A stretch of DNA of 34,104 nt from a virus (lineage: Duplodnaviria > Caudoviricetes): positions 1 to 34,104 of the IMG/VR virus record IMGVR_UViG_3300032303_000311. One strand, given 5' to 3'. The notes beneath the pieces are model-generated. The model was given only the letters and a program-made list of their open reading frames with translations, was not told the DNA's origin and made no database searches. The first letter of the stretch is position 1. Each line of letters begins with the position of its first letter. A program made the position numbers and the translations under genes. Positions 16,390 to 26,053 of the stretch are shown here, in pieces.

Positions 16390-16749
16390 ATGGAAAAGTC
16401 GATGGCATTATTTTTAGCAACATTGCTACATTCGGGTACAAACACCCACTTTTTCCATTGGGCTACAAAGTCTTACGCTCAACACAAGACGCTCGGCAAG
16501 TTTTATGAAAACATTATTGATCTGACCGATCATCTTGCCGAAGCGTATTTTGGTGTTTATGGACAAATTACCCAATTTCCTAGCACATACCACCAGCCTA
16601 AAGAACCGCTGGCATATCTACAATCCCTACAATCTTTTGTAAAAGATGCCCGTCAAGACTTGCCACAAGATTCAGAAATTGTGCAATTGATTGACAATAT
16701 CGCCCAAGAGATTGACACAACCATCTACCTACTTAAATTCAAAGGTTAA
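16390..16749 (+). CDS. Ferritin/Dps-like four-helix bundle protein (DUF5856-like)
   Basis: HFFHW.TKSYAQHKTLGKFYE...D.LAEAYFG.YG...TIYLL. Confidence 0.75.
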   Translation: MEKSMALFLATLLHSGTNTHFFHWATKSYAQHKTLGKFYENIIDLTDHLAEAYFGVYGQITQFPSTYHQPKEPLAYLQSLQSFVKDARQDLPQDSEIVQLIDNIAQEIDTTIYLLKFKG

Positions 16750-16750
16750 T

Positions 16751-16936
16751 ATGCCACTCGACAAATCAGGATCAGCCGCATCAGTTGGAAAAAACATTAA
16801 AGCCGAGGTCAAATCGGGTCGTTCTAAGCGTCAATCAGTCGCTATTGCCCTTAATGTTGAGCGTGAAAACGCCAAAGGTGCAAGAAAAGCTAAGTTAGAA
16901 GATGCTTACGCTAAATATGTAGAAGAAAAAGCGTGA
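16751..16936 (+). CDS. Small basic late protein
   Basis: Start reassigned to MPLDKSGS; NIKAEVKSGR..RQSVAIAL. Confidence 0.65.
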   Translation: MPLDKSGSAASVGKNIKAEVKSGRSKRQSVAIALNVERENAKGARKAKLEDAYAKYVEEKA

Positions 16937-17112
16937 AAAACGGTCTTTACGCCAATATTCATGCCAAGCAGGAACGCATTAAACACGGTTCAGGCGAAAA
17001 AATGAATAAGGTTGGTAGCAAAAACGCCCCAACCGCCCAAGATTTTAAAGAATCTGCCAAGACTGCAAAGCCACGCAGACAAATGATTTCTGACGCAATG
17101 AAGGATATGTAA
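16933..17112 (+). CDS. Small basic late protein (59 aa)
   Basis: GTG start; MKNGLYANIHAKQERIKHGSGEKM...PRRQMISDAMKDM; GTGA and TAATG coupling. Confidence 0.65.
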   Translation: MKNGLYANIHAKQERIKHGSGEKMNKVGSKNAPTAQDFKESAKTAKPRRQMISDAMKDM

Positions 17113-17261
17113 TGCAACACATGAACCATAAATACCCTAAAGGTAACGCTTTATTGCGTGAACATAAACAATCTACGCTAGAAAAGAACCAGCAACAGCG
17201 TCTAGACCGTAGAAAGCTAATCGCCAATAAACTTAAAGACTTGGATAAAGAAGTTAAGTAA
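17112..17261 (+). CDS. Small basic late protein (49 aa)
   Basis: MQHMNHKYPKGNALLREHKQSTLEKNQQQRLDRRKLIANKLKDLDKEVK; TAATG coupling both sides. Confidence 0.6.
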   Translation: MQHMNHKYPKGNALLREHKQSTLEKNQQQRLDRRKLIANKLKDLDKEVK

Positions 17262-18244
17262 TGGCTTTAACGCTTGCTGACGCATTAAGGCAAACTGGAT
17301 ACGCTAAAGACGGTCAGTTACAAGCCCCTGCCCCAACGCAACCAAATCTGTCGACAATGGCGGCTGATTACCTCAGACAATTGCCTAAAAAAACAGCACA
17401 AAACGCAATAAACACCAATAAAATGGTTCAAGGTGTTTTTCCAACCGACCCATTTGGCAAGCCAAATCCTGATTATTACCCTGAAGCAATGAGTGAGTTT
17501 GCCAATTTTGTACCTAATTTAATGGGTGCTACTGCATTTCACGGCACACCACACAAGATTAAAGGTTTGTTTGATATAAGCAAAGTAGGAACTGGCGAAG
17601 GTGCTCAGGCTTATGGTCATGGTATGTACTTTGCTGAAAACCCTGCTGTAGCAAAAGAATATGCTTTAACAGTACCTAAAACTGTTGATAGTCAAGCGTA
17701 TAGTGCAGAAAATATTGCAAAACGCTTATTCCAAGGTGGTTTTGATATTGAATACATTACTAAAAGACTTAAATTATTTTATCCACAAGCTAAAGAAGAA
17801 GTTATTACAAACGCTTTAAATAGTGCAAAAACAGGAAAAGTCGGTGGAAATGTATACAAAGTAGATATACCTGACGAACACATCCCTATGATGTTGGATT
17901 ACGACAAACCAATCAAAGATCAACCTGAATTGTATGAATTGGTGCGTAGTAACATTAAAGACCCTGATATATTAAAAACATTTGAACACAATGCAGAAAA
18001 AGGTATTACAGGGGCTAATGTATATAAAAATTACATTGGTGGCAAAACCGATGCCGATAGATCTGCAAATGCTTTAAATATTGGAATTAAGGGAATACGA
18101 TACAAGGATGCTATGTCTAGAGGTGCTGATGAAGGCACAAGCAACTTTGTAGTATTTGACCCATCTAAAGTAAAGATATTAGAAGAAAACGGCATACCTA
18201 CCCGTAAAGAGTTAATACAACAACAAATCGACAAAATAGAGTAG
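17261..18244 (+). CDS. ADP-ribosyltransferase-like protein (ART-PolyVal-like domain)
   Basis: AFHGTPH..FD..KVGTGEGAQAYGHGMYFAENP.VAKEYA, GNVYKVDI, GIKGIRY.D, NFVVFDP. Confidence 0.65.
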   Translation: MALTLADALRQTGYAKDGQLQAPAPTQPNLSTMAADYLRQLPKKTAQNAINTNKMVQGVFPTDPFGKPNPDYYPEAMSEFANFVPNLMGATAFHGTPHKIKGLFDISKVGTGEGAQAYGHGMYFAENPAVAKEYALTVPKTVDSQAYSAENIAKRLFQGGFDIEYITKRLKLFYPQAKEEVITNALNSAKTGKVGGNVYKVDIPDEHIPMMLDYDKPIKDQPELYELVRSNIKDPDILKTFEHNAEKGITGANVYKNYIGGKTDADRSANALNIGIKGIRYKDAMSRGADEGTSNFVVFDPSKVKILEENGIPTRKELIQQQIDKIE

Positions 18245-18279
18245 AATTAACCTATCTTAATCAACCACTTGGTAAAGGT

Positions 18280-18576
18280 ATGGAATCTAAAATAGAAAAA
18301 ACTAGAAATAAGACAGGCGGTCGTACTGTAGGTACTCCTAATAAGTCCACAGCACTCGCTAGAGAAGCGATCGCTAAGTTCGTGGATGGTAACGCAGACA
18401 AACTACAACAATGGCTTGACGAGATCGCTATGAACGAAAAGTTAGGGCCAAAGGTAGCGTTTGATTGCTTTATGCAAGTCGCTGAATACCATGTGCCTAA
18501 GTTAGCTAGGACAGAACATACTAGCCCTGAAGAACAGCCAGTTAAGATAATCCACGAACATAAGTTCCTAGATTGA
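18280..18576 (+). CDS. terS: Terminase small subunit (putative)
   Basis: KTGGRTVGTPNK motif, EY..PKL.R.E; overlaps terL. Confidence 0.7.
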   Translation: MESKIEKTRNKTGGRTVGTPNKSTALAREAIAKFVDGNADKLQQWLDEIAMNEKLGPKVAFDCFMQVAEYHVPKLARTEHTSPEEQPVKIIHEHKFLD

Positions 18577-19922
18577 AAGAATTAGTAAAGAAGTACGAAT
18601 ATCCCTATAAAGCTAGGGATGCGTTCTTAGACTTCCATAGACGGGATCAACGCTGGGCTGTGTTGGTTTGTCACAGGCGTGCAGGGAAAACGGTGGCTAC
18701 AATCGCAGATACTATCCGTAGGGCTATCATGGAAAAGAAAGAAAACGCCCGATATGCCTACATTGCCCCATTCTATGCACAGGCTAAGAATATTGCGTGG
18801 GATTATCTTTTAAAGTTTGCAGAACCAGCTATTGTTAAGGCTAATCAATCAGAATTGTGGGTAGAACTTGTCAACGGAGCAAAAATTAGACTGTTTGGTG
18901 CTGATAACCCTGACGCTTTGCGTGGTCTTTATCTTGATGGCGTGGTTCTAGACGAATACGCAGATATGAAACCCCGACTGTGGGGTGAGATTGTGCGGCC
19001 ATTACTTACAGATAGACAAGGCTGGGCTACCTTTATTGGCACTCCTAAAGGACATAATGCGTTCTATGACATCTATAACGAAGCTAATAAAAACCCTAAT
19101 TGGTATGTTAAAACGCTTAGAGCCGATGTTTCAGGATTATTGCCTGAAGCTGAATTACGGGATGCCCAAGCTACCATGTCTGATAACCAGTATGAACAAG
19201 AGTTCTTATGCTCATTTGAAGCGGCTATATTAGGAGCGTTTTATGGACAAGAAATGCGTAGGATCACGGATATGGAACGGATTACTACTGTTGACTATGA
19301 CCCAATGTTCCCTTGCCATACTGCTTGGGATTTGGGCTTTAATGATTCCACTTCAATATGGTGGTTTCAGGTGGTTTATGGGGAGATACGGGTTCTAGAC
19401 CATCATTCTAGCAATGGTCAAGCTGTGCCATATTACACAGGTTTATTGGCACAAAAAGAAGATGAGTTCGGATACAAATATGGCTATCATTACCTGCCCC
19501 ATGACGCTAGAGCAAAAACTATGGCATCGGGCGGTAAGAGCATAATTGAACAATTTTCTGCAAAAATCGACATAAAACATCTAAAAATTGTTCCAAATCT
19601 GTCATTACAAGACGGAATTCAAGCAACACGACTTGCATTAACTCGCTGTTGGTTTGATAATAGATGCGAAGAAGGCATTGAGTGTTTACGACAATATCAA
19701 CGAGAGTGGGATGATGATAAAAAAGTATTTAGGGATCGCCCAAAGCACGATTGGACAAGCCACTCAGCGGATGCGTTCCGCTATCTCTCAATTGTATGGA
19801 AAGATGAGGACAGCCCTATCCTCAAAGATACAAGGATTAAAGGACTTCATGTCGGGCAAACTGATGTAAGTCTTGATGAATTATGGAAGCAAACCCCCAA
19901 ATCAACTGTTAAAAGGATTTAA
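18573..19922 (+). CDS. terL: Terminase large subunit
   Basis: HRRAGKT Walker A, VVLDE Walker B, GTPKG, AWDLG and SHSADA nuclease motifs. Confidence 0.95.
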   Translation: MKELVKKYEYPYKARDAFLDFHRRDQRWAVLVCHRRAGKTVATIADTIRRAIMEKKENARYAYIAPFYAQAKNIAWDYLLKFAEPAIVKANQSELWVELVNGAKIRLFGADNPDALRGLYLDGVVLDEYADMKPRLWGEIVRPLLTDRQGWATFIGTPKGHNAFYDIYNEANKNPNWYVKTLRADVSGLLPEAELRDAQATMSDNQYEQEFLCSFEAAILGAFYGQEMRRITDMERITTVDYDPMFPCHTAWDLGFNDSTSIWWFQVVYGEIRVLDHHSSNGQAVPYYTGLLAQKEDEFGYKYGYHYLPHDARAKTMASGGKSIIEQFSAKIDIKHLKIVPNLSLQDGIQATRLALTRCWFDNRCEEGIECLRQYQREWDDDKKVFRDRPKHDWTSHSADAFRYLSIVWKDEDSPILKDTRIKGLHVGQTDVSLDELWKQTPKSTVKRI

Positions 19923-19924
19923 TT

Positions 19925-20227
19925 ATGTCAGGCGTTAATCAACCATTTGGAACATTCTACGAAACCGTAGCCGCATCACAAACTGCTCAAGTTTTAGGCG
20001 TTACTGGAGCGGCTGGTGATACTTTAATGCGTTTAATCATTACTGTAAGCACAGCGGCATCTTCTACTGTAGCCCTATTAGACAATGCAACTTCCTACCC
20101 AATCATGGCGGCAAATACCCCAATTGGCGTATATGACATTGAAATTGGTGCTGTATCCGTAAGCGGTGCATGGAAGATTACTACTGGTGCTGGTGCATCT
20201 GTATTGGCTGTAGGTAACTTTACTTAA
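19925..20227 (+). CDS. Small beta-rich virion-type protein
   Basis: Thr/Ala/Gly-rich, between terL and portal. Confidence 0.55.
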   Translation: MSGVNQPFGTFYETVAASQTAQVLGVTGAAGDTLMRLIITVSTAASSTVALLDNATSYPIMAANTPIGVYDIEIGAVSVSGAWKITTGAGASVLAVGNFT

Positions 20228-20235
20228 GGATTTAT

Positions 20236-22536
20236 ATGGATCACACATACCAAGATTGGTATAACTGCATTGCCCAGTACGAGCGTACATTCAAGGAATG
20301 GGAAGGTAGAGCCGACAAGATTGTCAAACGGTATCGTGATGACCAACGCAGTCGCAACAATCCTAACGCTAAGTTCAATATCCTTTGGTCTAATGTACAG
20401 ACCATAACCCCTGCGGTATTTGCTCGCTTACCTAGACCTGACATTTCACGCAGGTTCAGAGATAACGATCCTATTGGCAGAGTAGCGTCTATGATGCTTG
20501 AAAGAGCATTAGAGTACGAAATTGAGCATTATGGTGACTACGCTAGTGCTATGAAACAAACTGTCCAAGACCGTCTTTTAGGTGGTCGTGGCACGGCTTG
20601 GGTTCGTTATGAACCACACATTGTCGGTGAAATGGCTGATGAAGCTGAAGGTGCTCCCGATGATGGCTATCAAATTACAGAAGATATTGATGAAGCCGAA
20701 ACAGAAGGTGGCATCCATCGTGAGAATCAAGAGCGTATTGAATACGAATGTGCTCCAGTAGATTATGTCCATTGGCGTGACTTTGGTTTGACTGTAGCCC
20801 GTACATGGGAAGAAGTCACAGCAGTATGGCGTAAAGTCTATATGGGTAGACCTGCCCTTGTTGAACGCTTTGGTGAAGATTTAGGCGGCAAGATTCCACT
20901 TGATACCAAACCTGAGAGTTCTAAAACCTTTGCTGAAAAGATGGGCGAAGGTTCACACGAAGCCGTTATCTATGAGATTTGGGATAAAACTAGCGGTCAA
21001 GTCCTATGGTTATCTAAATCAATGGGCAAAATCCTTGATGTCCGTGATGATCCGCTACAACTGGAAAACTTTTGGCCATGCCCTAAGCCAATGTTCTCCA
21101 CACTTACAACAGACAGCCTAGTTCCTGTTCCTGACTTTGTTCTATATCAAGACCAAGCAAGACAGTTAGACACGCTGGCAGACCGCATTGATGGATTCAT
21201 TCAAGCACTCAAGGTTCGGGGCGTATATGACGCTTCTGAGCCATCCCTTGCCCGTTTATTCTCTGAAGGCGAAAACAACGCATTGCTACCAGTTAAGAAC
21301 TATGGTGCATTTAGCGAAAAAGGTGGACTTGTAGGGGCTATTAACCTTGTAGACATCAAGCCGATTGCCGAAGGTTTAAACATGGCTTATCAGGCTATGG
21401 AACAAGTCAAGGGTCAAATCTACGAAATCATGGGTATCGCTGATATTCAGCGTGGACAGACAGACCCTAACGAAACTCTTGGTGCTCAGATTATCAAGTC
21501 AAACAACGCTTCAGGGCGTTTAAAGACTATGCAACACGATGTAGTGAACTTTGCTACAGCCCTATTGCAGATCAAAGCACAGATTATTTGCCAGCACTTT
21601 ACTGACGATACTATCGTTAAGATTAGCGGTGCAATGCAGTTATCACCGCAAGATCAGATGCTTATCCCACAAGCATTGCAACTTCTGAAAGATGAACCTG
21701 CTAAGAACTTCCGTATCGAAGTAACTACAGATTCCATGATTTATCAAGATGAGCAACAAGAAAAGCAAAATAGGATGGAATTCTTACAGGCTATGGGTGG
21801 ATTCTTAAGCCAAGCTATTCCTGCCGCACAAGCTACGCCTGAACTTACCCCAATGCTAGTAGAGATGCTTAAATTTGGCGTAACAGCGTTTAAAGCTGGT
21901 AAAGGATTAGAAGGATTGATTGACGAAACAGCAGATAAGTTCCGTCAGCAAGCCAAGCAGATGGAAGGTCAACCCAAGCCGCCAAGTCCTGAACAACAGA
22001 AACTACAGGCAGAAATGCAATTAGAGCAAGCCAAGATGCAAGCTACACAAGCATCAGAGCAAGCTAAAGCCCAAGCAGAAGCCCAAAAACTTCAGATGCA
22101 AGGACAGCTTGAGCAACAGAAGATGCAGATGAATATTGAACTTGAAAAAGCCAAGCAGGAATATCAAGCCCAAGAAAATCAATTGAAGTTCCAATTAGAA
22201 GCTGAACGCAATGCCGCTGACAGAGAGATGGAAGCCAAGCTAATGCAGATGAAGATGAATATGGAACGCAATACTGCCCTAATGCTTGCTTATGTCAATA
22301 ATGGTGCAAAAATAGAGCAAGCCCGTATATCTTCAGGCTATGACGATGGTGAACAGGCCTATGAGGATAATCAAGATATGGCTAGTGCTTTAGAACACCC
22401 ATTAAAACCTGTTGCCGATGCTATTACTCAAAGTCAAAGTCAAATGGCATTAATGCTTGCACAAATGATGGAACAGCAAAACAGACCTAAAACTATTATT
22501 CGGGATGCTAACGGCAAAATTCAGGGAGTTCAATAA
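20236..22536 (+). CDS. Portal protein (P22-like, long C-terminal coiled coil)
   Basis: 766 aa after terL; FNILWSNVQT..PA, IMGIADIQRG...ETLGAQ, Q/E/M-rich barrel. Confidence 0.88.
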   Translation: MDHTYQDWYNCIAQYERTFKEWEGRADKIVKRYRDDQRSRNNPNAKFNILWSNVQTITPAVFARLPRPDISRRFRDNDPIGRVASMMLERALEYEIEHYGDYASAMKQTVQDRLLGGRGTAWVRYEPHIVGEMADEAEGAPDDGYQITEDIDEAETEGGIHRENQERIEYECAPVDYVHWRDFGLTVARTWEEVTAVWRKVYMGRPALVERFGEDLGGKIPLDTKPESSKTFAEKMGEGSHEAVIYEIWDKTSGQVLWLSKSMGKILDVRDDPLQLENFWPCPKPMFSTLTTDSLVPVPDFVLYQDQARQLDTLADRIDGFIQALKVRGVYDASEPSLARLFSEGENNALLPVKNYGAFSEKGGLVGAINLVDIKPIAEGLNMAYQAMEQVKGQIYEIMGIADIQRGQTDPNETLGAQIIKSNNASGRLKTMQHDVVNFATALLQIKAQIICQHFTDDTIVKISGAMQLSPQDQMLIPQALQLLKDEPAKNFRIEVTTDSMIYQDEQQEKQNRMEFLQAMGGFLSQAIPAAQATPELTPMLVEMLKFGVTAFKAGKGLEGLIDETADKFRQQAKQMEGQPKPPSPEQQKLQAEMQLEQAKMQATQASEQAKAQAEAQKLQMQGQLEQQKMQMNIELEKAKQEYQAQENQLKFQLEAERNAADREMEAKLMQMKMNMERNTALMLAYVNNGAKIEQARISSGYDDGEQAYEDNQDMASALEHPLKPVADAITQSQSQMALMLAQMMEQQNRPKTIIRDANGKIQGVQ

Positions 22537-25298
22537 TGGCGTTAGTCGTAAAGGATAGGGTACTAGAAACCTCTAATACCAATGGTACAGGCACATTTAC
22601 ACTTGCTGGTGCTGTCAATGGATTTCAAGCATTTTCTGTTATTGGCATAGGAAATACGACTTATTACGCTATTACAGAAGAAACCAATAACCAATGGGAA
22701 GTAGGCATTGGAACAGTCGGATCAGGAACATTGACCCGTGATACCGTTCTATCTTCAAGTAATGGTGGTTCTAAGGTTGATTTTGCCGATGGTTTAAAAC
22801 AAGTATTCTGCGACTATCCTGCCAACAAAAGCGTTTATTTAGACGCTAATGGTAATGTAAGTTCTTTAGGCACAATTACTTCAGGCGTTTGGAATGGCTC
22901 AACTATTCCTGTAGCCAATGGTGGTACTGGCGTTACAACTTCAAGTGGTGCAAATAGCGTAGTTTTGCGTGATGCCAATGTAAACATAAATGCTAATGCT
23001 TTTAATGATGGATATACCAATACTGCCGCTTCAGGAACACCAATAGTATTAACTGTTTCATCTGTACGCAGATTTACCATTACTGGTTCAGGCGGTCAAA
23101 CCATTAAATTGCCCGATGCAACCACATTAGTAAATGGCGAAATATTTGAATTTGATAACAACCAAAGTAGCGGTGCAATTACTGTTAATAACAACTCTAA
23201 TACTTTAGTTGTTTCCGTACCTAGCGGTGGTCTTGTTAGGGTTAATTTGTTATCTAATTCTATTGCGGCTGGTTCTTGGGATAGGCATGATTACGCTCCT
23301 GCTAATGTAAGCTGGTCAACCAATACTTTTGATTATGCTGGTTCTATTACATCAGCTACTTGGAATGGTACTGCTGTTGCAATTAATCGAGGTGGTACAG
23401 GTGCTTCAACTGCAAGCACAGCATTTAACAATTTAAGCCCATTAACTACCGCTGGCGATACTTTATATGGCGGTACTAGCGGTGCTGGCACAAGATTATC
23501 CATTGGTACAGCAGGGCAAGTATTAACAGTAAATGGTGGTGCAACTGCTCCACAATGGTCTACACCAGCTACAGGCACAGTAACTAGCGTTGGTGGCACA
23601 GGCACAGTTTCAGGTATATCGCTAAGTGGTACAGTTACTTCTAGTGGAAACCTTACTCTTGGCGGCACTTTAGATTTATCTAGCCCCCCAACAATCGGCA
23701 ATACAGCACCAAATACAGGTAAGTTCACAACTCTAGAATCAACTGGCACAGGGTCATTTGGCACTACTTCAGCACAATATATCCAAGCTGTAGGAAATGC
23801 TACATACCCTCAAATCAAAGCGGCTGGTTCAGGAACGGATATTCCATTAGTTTTACAGCCTAAAGGCACAGGTGCTTTACAAGCCCAATTAACAGATTCT
23901 ACTGCTACAGGCGGTAATGCTAGGGGTGCTAATGCTGTTGATTGGCAGACTACAAGAAGTGCGGCAAGTCAGGTAGCAAATGGAACTGGAGCAACTATTG
24001 GTGGCGGCTATGCAAATCTTGCTTCAGGTAGTTATTCTGTTATTAGTGGCGGATATGCAAATACAGTAAATGCACCTTATTCTTCTGCTGTTGGTGGAGA
24101 TACTAATACTGCATCAGGTACTAGGGCTGTTGCTGTTGGTGGTGTGTTAAATACAGCAAGTGGAGTAATTTCGTTTATTGGTGGTGGTTATTCCAATACT
24201 GCCACAGGGTATTATTCTACTATTGTTGGTGGTTATGCAAATAGTGGAACGGCAAATGCCGCAGTAACTACGCAATCAGGAACAATGAATGGCACAACAG
24301 CCGTAACGCTATCAGGTTCAAACGCTAATATTAAAGTAGGTCAGTTAATAACTGGAACAAGCATTAATACTTTTCCAAACACCTATGTAGCCGCCATATC
24401 AGGAACAAGTCTTACCCTTTCCCAAAACGCATCAGGTTCATCTACAAGCACTCTATCTTTCTATACTCCTCATGGAGTAGTAGTAGGCGGTGGTAATAAC
24501 CAAGCTACAGGTAGTTATTCATTTATCGGTGGTGGTGGCGATGCTGGGACAAGTAGTAATAGAAATGTGGCTAGTGGTGATTGGAGTGTTGTTGGTGGGG
24601 GCAAAAGCAATATTGCTAGTGGTGCTGGTGCATTTATTGGTGGTGGTGGAGTTTATGCTGGTTTATCTGCCGCATCTAATTTGGGAAATACGGCATCAGG
24701 AGATGGTTCATTTATTGGGGGCGGTTTTGCAAATCAAGCACAATCATTTGGTTCTTCTATTTTGGGTGGTTATTCAAATATAGCAAACGCTTCTTATTCT
24801 GTTGTTCTTGGCTCTACTTATGGAACTACAAGATTAATTCAAGGAAATACTGTAATTCCAGCATCTATTAGTCCAGTAGCATCATCAAATGGTTCTTCTC
24901 AAGCCGCAATATTAATTCTTGGTGCGGCAACAACTGATGCAACAGCTACAGTATTGCGTTCAAACACTTCTGCCGCAGGAACAACAAACCAAGTAATACT
25001 ACCTAACAACTCTGCTTATTACTTTAAAGGTGCTGTTATTGCTGGTGTTACTGGTGCTGGCGATACTAAAGGTTGGAGTATTGAAGGTGTAATTAAACGA
25101 GGTGCTGGAGTAGGCACTACAGCCTTGGTCGGTACTCCTACAGTTACTTCCATGTACGCTGATTTAGGTGCGGCAACTTGGGCAGTAACAGCTACAGCAG
25201 ATACAACCAATGGTGGATTAAAAATTACTGTAACAGGGCAAGCATCAACCACTATTCGCTGGGTATGCGAATTAGACACAACTGAAATGACTTACTAA
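22536..25298 (+). CDS. Long fibre/adhesin-like protein
   Basis: DRVLETS..GTG.FTL.GA N-terminal anchor, GGTG knots, repeated GGG..N.ASG..S.I/V beta-roll units. Confidence 0.8.
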   Translation: MALVVKDRVLETSNTNGTGTFTLAGAVNGFQAFSVIGIGNTTYYAITEETNNQWEVGIGTVGSGTLTRDTVLSSSNGGSKVDFADGLKQVFCDYPANKSVYLDANGNVSSLGTITSGVWNGSTIPVANGGTGVTTSSGANSVVLRDANVNINANAFNDGYTNTAASGTPIVLTVSSVRRFTITGSGGQTIKLPDATTLVNGEIFEFDNNQSSGAITVNNNSNTLVVSVPSGGLVRVNLLSNSIAAGSWDRHDYAPANVSWSTNTFDYAGSITSATWNGTAVAINRGGTGASTASTAFNNLSPLTTAGDTLYGGTSGAGTRLSIGTAGQVLTVNGGATAPQWSTPATGTVTSVGGTGTVSGISLSGTVTSSGNLTLGGTLDLSSPPTIGNTAPNTGKFTTLESTGTGSFGTTSAQYIQAVGNATYPQIKAAGSGTDIPLVLQPKGTGALQAQLTDSTATGGNARGANAVDWQTTRSAASQVANGTGATIGGGYANLASGSYSVISGGYANTVNAPYSSAVGGDTNTASGTRAVAVGGVLNTASGVISFIGGGYSNTATGYYSTIVGGYANSGTANAAVTTQSGTMNGTTAVTLSGSNANIKVGQLITGTSINTFPNTYVAAISGTSLTLSQNASGSSTSTLSFYTPHGVVVGGGNNQATGSYSFIGGGGDAGTSSNRNVASGDWSVVGGGKSNIASGAGAFIGGGGVYAGLSAASNLGNTASGDGSFIGGGFANQAQSFGSSILGGYSNIANASYSVVLGSTYGTTRLIQGNTVIPASISPVASSNGSSQAAILILGAATTDATATVLRSNTSAAGTTNQVILPNNSAYYFKGAVIAGVTGAGDTKGWSIEGVIKRGAGVGTTALVGTPTVTSMYADLGAATWAVTATADTTNGGLKITVTGQASTTIRWVCELDTTEMTY

Positions 25299-25307
25299 GG
25301 AGCAATC

Positions 25308-25577
25308 ATGGCACTACAACTTAACCTTTCAACAACGCAATTTGGTGTACCAGCACCACAAGCCTACGCTAGAATTACTAACTTTTTTGGCACAAAAGAC
25401 CAAATCCAAGTCCAAGTAGCTATTTACTATAACGAAGATGCAAGACATGGCAACATGGCTACAGTTAAAGAAAACGCACATTACATTGCTATTGAGGACT
25501 TAAAAGGCGATTTAATCCCTGCAATCTATGAAGTTCTCAAGACTTTTAGCGATTACGAAGGTGCAGTAGACGCCTAA
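25308..25577 (+). CDS. Probable fibre assembly chaperone
   Basis: AAGGAG RBS; follows fibre; ends IYEVLKT..DYEGAVDA. Confidence 0.55.
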   Translation: MALQLNLSTTQFGVPAPQAYARITNFFGTKDQIQVQVAIYYNEDARHGNMATVKENAHYIAIEDLKGDLIPAIYEVLKTFSDYEGAVDA

Positions 25578-26053
25578 TGTTTGGCTTTTCTAGTTTTTCT
25601 AGGTTTGCTTATTCGACTATTTCAGTAGTCATTAGCCCTACACCGCCTGTAGAAGATAGGCATGGCGGTGGCTGGACTAAAGAAGAATTAAAGCGAATCA
25701 AGTTATTAGAAAAGAAACTGCGTAGAGCAGAAGAAGTCAAGATTGAAGCTGTCAAGGCAGATGCACAAAAGCGTAAACAAACTTTCCGTGATCTTGTCGA
25801 TCCACAGCCAATAGTTGCAAAAGTTAAGCAAAATGAAGTAGAATCAAAGCCAAAGGTTAGTGTTGATATACCGTCAATAGATTTAACCAAATATGACAAA
25901 GACATCGCTAACCTTGAACGCAAGATTCAAGACCTGTATAAAGCTAATGCCCTACGGCAAGCCCAAGTCGCTATTGAAGCGGAATTGGCAGTCCTAGAAG
26001 CAAAACGCCTAGCAGAATTAGACGATGAGGAAGCCATATTACTACTACTGTAA
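25577..26053 (+). CDS. Hypothetical coiled-coil protein
   Basis: MFGFSSFS N-terminus, D.HGGG, ends DDEEAILLLL. Confidence 0.6.
   Translation: MFGFSSFSRFAYSTISVVISPTPPVEDRHGGGWTKEELKRIKLLEKKLRRAEEVKIEAVKADAQKRKQTFRDLVDPQPIVAKVKQNEVESKPKVSVDIPSIDLTKYDKDIANLERKIQDLYKANALRQAQVAIEAELAVLEAKRLAELDDEEAILLLL

Noticed and set aside
18247-18260. TTAAC-CTAT-CTTAA upstream of terS as a fifth operator
   Set aside because: One mismatch and next to TAGAAT, but no -35 was found; plausible yet too weak to list
23990-24800. Gly-rich repeats in the fibre as a CRISPR array or DGR template/variable repeats
   Set aside because: They are degenerate protein-level repeats within a CDS; no reverse transcriptase or cas genes present
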